The notes beneath the pieces were generated by a model that ran no database searches, was not told the origin of the DNA, and saw only the letters and a program-made list of their open reading frames with translations. 64,000 nt of DNA from an uncultured Bacteroidales bacterium (GTDB lineage Bacteria > Bacteroidota > Bacteroidia > Bacteroidales > GCA-2748055). The position numbers and the translations under genes were made by a program. The DNA is taken from assembly GCA_963751705.1 (NCBI GenBank), contig CAVVVN010000003.1:1658910-1722909 (forward strand), written 5' to 3'. Positions 58,601 through 64,000 of this stretch are shown in pieces; within the stretch, counting starts at the first letter, position 1, and each line of letters starts with the position of its first letter.

Positions 58601-59451
58601 AGCTCAATGCTATCACAGAAAAGCGCCCTGATCAGTTCAGCAAGGGGCACGCCTGTCTCCTTTTCAATGGCCTTCAGCCTGTCCAGGTAAGCCCGAACCA
58701 CATCCCGTTTATAGTGATCCATGATGGGTCCGTCGGCCCCCGGAGAACCATGGTACACCGACATGAAATTCCGTTCATTGTAGAGAAATACCAGGACATA
58801 CTCCCGGTCTCCCACCTGGTAATTCAGCCGTCCGTCTTTGACAAAGGGGCTCAGATCAATGACCTCATCCAGGGAAGTCAGTCCCAGGGGTATCAGCTGC
58901 AGGGCAAAGAGTTCCACATCGCTGTTCTCCCTCGCCATGCGCGATCCCGGTGCACGATGACTCTCAAACTTCAGGAAGTCTGCCAGGTCAATATCGATCT
59001 CCTCATTGGGTTCAGGCTCATATTTTTTCACCCCGAGACGCTGCATGATCTCATCCTCCTCCAGAAACCTGCCCCCGAAGGGCCAGCCTGATCCCACGAT
59101 AAGATCGGTGATCATGCCCAGCTCCCGGGCCTCCTCGCTGGCCACTTTCACCATCTCACTCCATTCACTGCCCGCCCATTGAAGCGCAGGAGCACCGGTG
59201 GGGACCGCCTGCGGGGGCATGGCGATGGAATTGATTTCCACACCCCCTATCCCGGCCTCCTTCATCACTTTTAATTCCCGTTTGAGCTCATCAGCTTCCA
59301 CTGCATTGCCGTTCCACCACCAGCGCACCATGGGACGGGCATCCGCCGGGGGATTCTGGAAAAGTTCGAAAAGATCCTGCTCTTCCCGGGGAGGATCACA
59401 AGCCGGTAGCAGGACCGTGATTGTCAGAAGACAGGCGAAAAGTTTCCTCAT
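55600..59451 (-). CDS. GH106-like glycoside hydrolase fused to a C-terminal beta-propeller GH (GH43/130-like) domain; the 3' end is frameshifted
   Basis: N-terminal FQNPPADARPMVRWWWNGNAVEADELKRELKVMKEAGIGGVEIN. Internal sugar-binding-like domain (FSGTVTY...SELRINGESAG). The last 330 aa or so resemble the 50334-51470 product (YYMHYDAAG, SKDLVNWEKRGPVL, TWHMFYLG). Start taken at the internal ATG (MRKLFACLL, lipobox LPAC). The sensible C-terminus (STSHMKRSVGLAWLDLPLTVPGQNQDFK, stop at 55632) is in another frame from about 55720. Confidence 0.6.
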   Translation of the reverse strand: MRKLFACLLTITVLLPACDPPREEQDLFELFQNPPADARPMVRWWWNGNAVEADELKRELKVMKEAGIGGVEINSIAMPPQAVPTGAPALQWAGSEWSEMVKVASEEARELGMITDLIVGSGWPFGGRFLEEDEIMQRLGVKKYEPEPNEEIDIDLADFLKFESHRAPGSRMARENSDVELFALQLIPLGLTSLDEVIDLSPFVKDGRLNYQVGDREYVLVFLYNERNFMSVYHGSPGADGPIMDHYKRDVVRAYLDRLKAIEKETGVPLAELIRALFCDSIELGGSNWTDDMASVFRERKGYDITPYLPFVVQPHNQPNTYETSEELADQLNRVQYDFYQVLINVFLERFTREFQHFCTENGLLCRYQAYGTPYYMGLFQGNLIPDIPESNNWIYSQGRDEAASDAYTWNQGHGYMLWNKAASTGAHIRGRKITSCEAMTNTQGVFRTSLETIKQSDDMNFITGINHSVLHGFNYSPPEAGFPGWIRYGAYFSEQNTWWKYFRNWADYNARLSAVFQHSDPVADVAVVGRLDDFWAEVGPTRPPFNTRPWYYARLWEPISNLGSSCDYLHSSMLEDSETGGGKLICGNMAYSALILTDVRSLSPRAAQKISAFASAGGKVVFIGQLPERSLSLVDAVDNDLEVKAHIKSAMEQGNVHLVPAPEESADLLDWTASLFERMELDPHVHINQAFGHLYTLMQSRGEQEIYFFVNSHRSEAVEFEASFDTGNKFPYLWDPRSGERFALAYENSNELQLKLDALESALVVFEPEKLDLPLYSSRAVPAKRQPLETLWEVKFEQVDGSVFTRQIEELIDFRTSADDAIRNFSGTVTYSTVIDNSESRDYICLADVNEGVSELRINGESAGMNWYGNHIYEVGSLWKPGSNRLEIVLTTTLANYCGSLKDNQTAVAWTRSYKTPVSSGLAGVEWGMSGPAEVQKYSDDRPEAHLRMDVQDHGIVLRYGDGPDQCDILGARDAWVFEANGTYYMHYDAAGPEGWLSSLAVSKDLVNWEKRGPVLDFGKEGQDDAASASYGVTFYDGKTWHMFYLGTPNASDPPDLVPSFPYLTMKAQGGSPAGPWIKQKDVVPFRTKPGTYYSITASPGHVIKHGDAYLQFFSSTTRTPESQYVQRTLGIARTKDLDGSWRVDPAPLVPVEEQIENSSLYYEESNETWFLFTNHIGVEEGREFTDAIWVYWSKDLNQWDPRNKAIVLDGKNCNWSDKCIGLPSVIKAGNRLALFYDAPGGNKHQSYETQCGPGLAGSATYCTWPESGFQIISLMHIQVIL

Positions 59452-59455
59452 GGTT

Positions 59456-62400
59456 CTAATATGGATTTGTTGTTTTAATTTCCACCGGACCAAGCAATCC
59501 CGAAGACAGCGGTTCTTTAAAGTTAAAGGAGCCCATGGCGGCCCTCGTGGTAAAGGTGTACCTGCCTGTCTGGTATTTCAGTCCCCCCATCAGCCCGTTT
59601 TCAAACTTAACCGTTCTGACCAGGGCATCCGGATCCTGGCTGTCACCCAGCAAACGGTTTATCCAGCGGTTGGCCACCTCGATCTCAAGTTCATTTTCCC
59701 CTTCTTTCAGGGCGCTGGAAATATCGATCCTCCAGGGGGCGCACCAGACCACTCCCAGGTCCTCCCCATTCAGTTTCACCCGGGCCATGTCTTTCACTAC
59801 CCCAAGGTCCATATAATAGGCTCTGTCCTCCAGCTTCTGAACTTGTATCGTTTTTCTGTAGGTGGCAATCCCGGAGTAGTATTTAATACCGCGCATTTCA
59901 TGTTCAACCCAATCCTGGAGGTGGTCAAAGTGGATCTTTTCCGGTCCGCCAAATTTTGGATCAAATGAAAGCTCCCAGGCTCCATCCAGGCTAAGAAGAG
60001 AAGTGAAGGTGGGGAAATTTGCCTCACCCTCCTTCTGATCGTTCTCTTTTGCTTTCTGACGGTCGAAAACCACAAAATAGCTTTCGTAGGGAACAAATTC
60101 CAGCGGGATGCTTGTTATGCCATCCACGGTACGATACTGCTTTAGTTTTCTTGAACTTCCGTCTACGCCCGACCATAATTCAGCTTCGCCCGAGGCCCTG
60201 AAGGTGCAGGCTGTTTTTTGTACCCGGTCGCTTCGGTTGGCTACAAAATAGATATCTCTGTCCGCAGTCCGGCGATGACCGAATCGAATACTGTTGTTAT
60301 CTGATATAAAGTCTTCCGGAATATGCAATCCGGATAAAAGTTCAGCCGTAGCTTTATAAGAGGGATATAGTTGATCTGCAGCAGAACTTCTAAATTGTCC
60401 TCCCCAGTATATGCTTCCTTCCCCGTAAGATCTCTCAGTGAATTCACCGGGGGACTGAAGTGAACCCCATAACTCCTCCGCCAGTTTAAGCACCTGCATA
60501 TCGCAATCCGGATAATCCTTCAGACTAGGGGATTTAAGGGGTGGTGAGCCGACGATCCTTGCTCCTTTTTCAACCAGTGAGGTAATTGTTGCCAGCAGTT
60601 CGGGGGTCATGGTTTCAAAGTTTGGCAACACCATAATTTCGTAGGAGGATGCTCCGGGGAATACGATTTTCCCCTGTTCCACCTGGGCTCTTTCCATCAG
60701 CATAAGCGGTGAACAGCCATCGAATCCATATCCTTTCTTATCCGGAATGGCTCCGTTTTCCTCCAGGGCATCGGCTGGCGGGGTAAATACCATGGGAGCA
60801 CCCTCGGGAGTGAGGTAAAGAATATCTGCAACGGCCTGTCCCTGCTGCATCATGTGAGAACAGCGGCTAATATAGCTGTGATAGGCTCCTACCATGGGCC
60901 ACCAGGTTTGTCCCCGATCCCAATGTACCCCATAGGGCCCCATGGTCATTCCGGGCCGGTATTCATCACCCAGTGGTTTATGGGCAAAGGTATGGTAAGC
61001 AAAACGGTTCACACCCAGGGCCAGCGCCCAATCGCTCTGGTCTTTCATGGACCAGGGGTATTCCTGCCAGGCTTCGTTATTATTGGATGTAAAAACCTCG
61101 GCTCCAACAACCGGCTGCCCGGTAATATGAGAAATAGAAGTGGCCTGCAATACCGCATAGGAGGTGTGAAACCCAAATCGTTTGCTCCAGAATTCAGCCA
61201 TAATCACATCGGCCACAGAACCCAAATCCAGATCGCCTGCGGGGTTCATATCATAAGGCTCTATGGTCAGCTCCAGGCCGTTTTTGTGTGCATAAGCCTT
61301 CCCGAATTCTGCATGGTTCTCTAAAAGTAACTCCTTGCAGGTCTGGCGAAGGTCCCACAGAAAGCGTTCGGTGATTTCCACACTTTCGATGGCACGCCCG
61401 GTATAGGCCAGAAAATAGGGTTCCGGATCGTAGCCCCGCCTCTCTGTAAACTCTTCAACAATGCCTTCGGTCCAGTTCTGGGCTCCACTTTCCCAGCTGT
61501 CCATATGAAAACCGGTCCAACCTACACCCTCCTTTCGGGGAGCAGTTTTCTCCAGTAAAATATCTGTGTAGTTCTTTAGGTGATTCTCAAAATCACCCGC
61601 ATCCAGCTTATTGGCTTCAAGACCAATGACCGGCTCCGGGGAAGGGCGTGTACTTGCTCCGGTCACACGAATTCCCATACGTATGATTGTCCAATTGCCT
61701 TCTGGCACATCCCATATCAAATGTCCGTTGGAATTTAAATACTGACTGACATCAATGACTTCCTTTTGGTCCAAAACCTTATTCTCATTTACTTCCCCAT
61801 AAATGGCAGGAGCCGGCAAATAAGGTTTAACATTGGGTTTGGAAGAATATGGATCCCGTTCATAAAGTGCCTTTTCATTGATGTCCGATATCAGGGGCTT
61901 CACATCGGAAGGAATGGCATAAACTGCCACATCCTTATAATAGGGATTCTTCATCTGGTGCCAGGTGGTACTGCGCTGTTCTGGAACCGGGAGTTTTTTG
62001 TCTACCCTAAGGCCACCTGAAATCCTGGTTTCACTGTACACCAGGTGCTTCATCGACTCTTCAGGCTTCACCCACGGACCACCGCTTCCACACCATCCGG
62101 GCCCTGCCCCCATGAGTATTTTCATGCCTAAACGCTCTGTCTCCCTCACAGCATGAACAAAATGGTCCTGCCATTCTTCCGACATAAAATCAATGGGACC
62201 CCTGGGTACGCCTATTCCCACCTCCAGGAATATCACATGGTTTATTCCCACTTCCTTCATTGATTCCAGGTCTTTAGTCATCTCCTCCATGGATAAATTT
62301 CCATCCATGAAATACCAGTAGACTCCGGGTTTCGAAGATTCCGGCGGATCTTCAAATGCTTCTTTTAATATATCATTTGATTGTGCGGTGCATGCCTGCA

Positions 62401-62482
62401 TTGCAAAGACTGCAAAAATTACAAGCGTTGCCAGGCTTAACATTCCACGAAAGCTTGTTTTAAGAAAACCCATTTCATTCAT
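59456..62482 (-). CDS. exported glycoside hydrolase, GH106-like paralogue
   Basis: 1008 aa. N-terminal FEDPPESSKPGVYWYFMDGNLSMEEMTKDLESMKEVGIN. C-terminal YSGIATY...MDLGVV.DMARVKLNGEDLG.VW.APWR.DIS..L.EGENELEIEVANRWINR. Confidence 0.55.
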   Translation of the reverse strand: MNEMGFLKTSFRGMLSLATLVIFAVFAMQACTAQSNDILKEAFEDPPESSKPGVYWYFMDGNLSMEEMTKDLESMKEVGINHVIFLEVGIGVPRGPIDFMSEEWQDHFVHAVRETERLGMKILMGAGPGWCGSGGPWVKPEESMKHLVYSETRISGGLRVDKKLPVPEQRSTTWHQMKNPYYKDVAVYAIPSDVKPLISDINEKALYERDPYSSKPNVKPYLPAPAIYGEVNENKVLDQKEVIDVSQYLNSNGHLIWDVPEGNWTIIRMGIRVTGASTRPSPEPVIGLEANKLDAGDFENHLKNYTDILLEKTAPRKEGVGWTGFHMDSWESGAQNWTEGIVEEFTERRGYDPEPYFLAYTGRAIESVEITERFLWDLRQTCKELLLENHAEFGKAYAHKNGLELTIEPYDMNPAGDLDLGSVADVIMAEFWSKRFGFHTSYAVLQATSISHITGQPVVGAEVFTSNNNEAWQEYPWSMKDQSDWALALGVNRFAYHTFAHKPLGDEYRPGMTMGPYGVHWDRGQTWWPMVGAYHSYISRCSHMMQQGQAVADILYLTPEGAPMVFTPPADALEENGAIPDKKGYGFDGCSPLMLMERAQVEQGKIVFPGASSYEIMVLPNFETMTPELLATITSLVEKGARIVGSPPLKSPSLKDYPDCDMQVLKLAEELWGSLQSPGEFTERSYGEGSIYWGGQFRSSAADQLYPSYKATAELLSGLHIPEDFISDNNSIRFGHRRTADRDIYFVANRSDRVQKTACTFRASGEAELWSGVDGSSRKLKQYRTVDGITSIPLEFVPYESYFVVFDRQKAKENDQKEGEANFPTFTSLLSLDGAWELSFDPKFGGPEKIHFDHLQDWVEHEMRGIKYYSGIATYRKTIQVQKLEDRAYYMDLGVVKDMARVKLNGEDLGVVWCAPWRIDISSALKEGENELEIEVANRWINRLLGDSQDPDALVRTVKFENGLMGGLKYQTGRYTFTTRAAMGSFNFKEPLSSGLLGPVEIKTTNPY

Positions 62483-62548
62483 TCAGACAGGCATTTAATT
62501 TAAACCTTGAATTTGTACAATTATGACTTCTTAAACCAGGTTTTCAGC

Positions 62549-64000
62549 TTAGAAATCCCTTTTGCTCCCGAGAATAGCTTCCTCAAAATACTTTGGCCCT
62601 TTGTTTTGCTTGCCTGTGAAAGTTATTTCCGACGAAACATCACCATTACCATGCATAATCAAATATTTGCCGCTTGACTCTGTAGAAAATGAAATAATGC
62701 CTTCTTCTGAAAGCCTATGCTTTACTTTTTTATTTGTCCCAAGATTAAGAATCTCTATTGCTGAACTGTTCCATGGATTTTGCAACTTACATGGATTCCC
62801 TTTTAAACTCTCAATGCCAACAAATGAAACTCCTTCGTTTTTATTTATTTCCGAAGAAACAATAAAAGCTCCCCGAGCCCCTAAAACAAAAGCCCCTTCC
62901 CATTCGCTGGTAACAGCAGGAAATACGCGTATTTTACCCTCATGACTTTGTATTAGCATTTCTGAAACAGTAGTACTAACTATGCTTAAAGCTTCCATTC
63001 CGCACTGAACAAATGGGGCAGCGGGAATTCCGGAACTACCTGCTGTTTTTTTGGAATAATGAGTCCTTTTATCGTATAGGTAATCTCTTTGGTTAGTTAC
63101 ATCGGCTGTGGAAATAGAATCAGCGTACTTCGATAATAGATACCAGTGGTCAATATTGTAAAATAATCCCTGCGGAAAATGTTGCATCCGTCTTATCGAA
63201 TTCGTCATCTTCTTCAATGCCAAATTGCCTAAGCCAAGTCTTGCTGAGACAATAGAACCCGGAGTTATCGCATTTTTGTAAGGTGGCTGATAAAGGGATA
63301 CATTTTCTGCAATCTTGAAATACTCGGTCTCCTTTTCATCAAGTCCCAATATATTGGCAGGAAATACTTGTGTTGTATGGGCATCAAAATGATACTTGCC
63401 TCCCTTGTAATCTTCAGGAGCCGGGTAAGGATTACCCTCTTTAGTAAATGCGGTTCCAAACACTTTACCCCTTTCAGGAATATCCAGCACGGGAGGTTCC
63501 CATAGGTGATTCAAAATATTTGTCCATTCTTGTATTTTTAATTTATCAACTCCTAATATTTCTGCCGACTGCACACACCAACTCAATAGAGCTTCAATCA
63601 TATATCTGTCTGAACTGCTGTTTTTCAGTTGATTATTAGAAGCATGTTCATAAGGTTGAGTCGGGAAAGAATAGTATTCCTGCCTTTCTTCGTCCCACTT
63701 CAGGTAAGCAACATAAAACTGAGCAGTTTTTTTCATGAAAGGGTAACATTTGTCTTCAAGAAACTCCTTGTCGTCAGTAAACTGGTAATACTCCCAAAAA
63801 ACAGCAGCAATCTGGCTGGCAGGTGTAAAGTTATTAATCATATCACCTCTGTATTTGTAGACCATATTACCAAGAAAATCATGCGCTTCACTCCATAAGA
63901 GAGCATCTTCAACACCCCTTTCTTTTGCATATGCTTCAGCATATGGCATCAACCTGAAATATGTGTTGATATAGGGTAACATTAGATCGCAATCGTTTTG
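62549..64000 (-). CDS. GH95-like (alpha-L-fucosidase/L-galactosidase-type) glycoside hydrolase; N-terminus lies outside the window
   Basis: The reading frame stays open to the window edge beyond the listed ATG at 63982. (alpha/alpha)6-like middle region. C-terminal pattern MLIQSHEGKIRVFPAV...WEGAFVLGARGAFIVSS matches the LLQSH.G.I.LLPALP..W..G...GL.ARGGF pattern I recall for GH95. Confidence 0.5.
   Translation of the reverse strand, partial: QNDCDLMLPYINTYFRLMPYAEAYAKERGVEDALLWSEAHDFLGNMVYKYRGDMINNFTPASQIAAVFWEYYQFTDDKEFLEDKCYPFMKKTAQFYVAYLKWDEERQEYYSFPTQPYEHASNNQLKNSSSDRYMIEALLSWCVQSAEILGVDKLKIQEWTNILNHLWEPPVLDIPERGKVFGTAFTKEGNPYPAPEDYKGGKYHFDAHTTQVFPANILGLDEKETEYFKIAENVSLYQPPYKNAITPGSIVSARLGLGNLALKKMTNSIRRMQHFPQGLFYNIDHWYLLSKYADSISTADVTNQRDYLYDKRTHYSKKTAGSSGIPAAPFVQCGMEALSIVSTTVSEMLIQSHEGKIRVFPAVTSEWEGAFVLGARGAFIVSSEINKNEGVSFVGIESLKGNPCKLQNPWNSSAIEILNLGTNKKVKHRLSEEGIISFSTESSGKYLIMHGNGDVSSEITFTGKQNKGPKYFEEAILGSKRDF

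Noticed and set aside
59451-59493. Apparent 38-nt overlap between the GH106-like gene ending at 59456 and the start of the 1297-codon ORF
   Set aside because: An internal ATG at 59451 is followed by a typical lipoprotein leader (MRKLFACLLTITVLLPAC) and removes the overlap. The upstream 14 codons are probably not translated.
59198-59968. 256-codon plus-strand ORF spanning the junction of two minus-strand GH106-like genes. Similar long antisense ORFs occur at 53577-54209, 16405-16947, 12375-12938, 10571-11050, 50412-51020 and 58381-59091.
   Set aside because: All lie antisense to well-supported genes. They are rich in Arg/Pro/Gly/Ser, as expected for reverse-frame translation, and none has a plausible start context or domain signature.
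1-64000. Search for CRISPR arrays, tRNA/rRNA genes, transposases/integrases, toxin-antitoxin pairs or defence-system genes
   Set aside because: I saw no spaced direct repeats, no cloverleaf-like or rRNA-like non-coding stretches (all intergenic gaps are 230 nt or shorter), and no ORF with transposase, integrase, nuclease, ATPase or methylase motifs. The window appears purely metabolic.

Overview
The window is a 64-kb carbohydrate-catabolism region that looks Bacteroidota-like. Most starts lack a Shine-Dalgarno sequence, TAnnTTTG-type -7 boxes are present, and there are many lipoprotein (Cys lipobox) leaders plus six twin-arginine (TAT) leaders. I saw no rRNA, tRNA, CRISPR array, transposase or integrase. 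About 38 protein genes fall into four blocks. (1) nt 1-5520: an FG-GAP protein, a Cys-type sulfatase, an Asp-box beta-propeller, an orphan ORF and a decayed beta-helix gene. (2) nt 5551-18998: an AraC-controlled fucI plus RhaB-type kinase pair. Next to it is a GntR/HutC-controlled six-gene operon: lipoyl E2, fused E1 alpha-beta, PHP phosphoesterase, SrlD-like SDR, HAD phosphatase and a long MDR dehydrogenase. This operon has clear palindromic operators and is my best candidate for an undescribed pathway, namely aldolase-independent, thiamine/lipoamide-dependent cleavage of deoxy-ketose phosphates. That proposal is inference only. (3) nt 19015-26030: a periplasmic oxidoreductase cluster with two TAT Gfo/Idh/MocA enzymes, a DUF1080 protein, a TAT isomerase-like protein and a hydrolase. 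(4) nt 26217-64000: a dense rhamnose-centred glycoside hydrolase arsenal. It holds five large GH106-like paralogues, two intact GH78-type genes plus one GH78 pseudogene, and GH76, GH99-like/WbsX, GH95-like, beta-propeller GH and SGNH esterase genes. It also holds a second sulfatase, a TAT FAD oxidoreductase and a TAT beta-propeller + PHP/CehA-like metallohydrolase of unknown role. There is no SusC/SusD pair. Two genes are visibly decayed: an in-frame TGA plus frameshift at 3854-5520, and at least three frameshifts at 52886-55603. A neighbouring gene has a terminal frameshift. Base composition is mosaic. All family calls come from motif recognition by eye and need HMM/BLAST confirmation.
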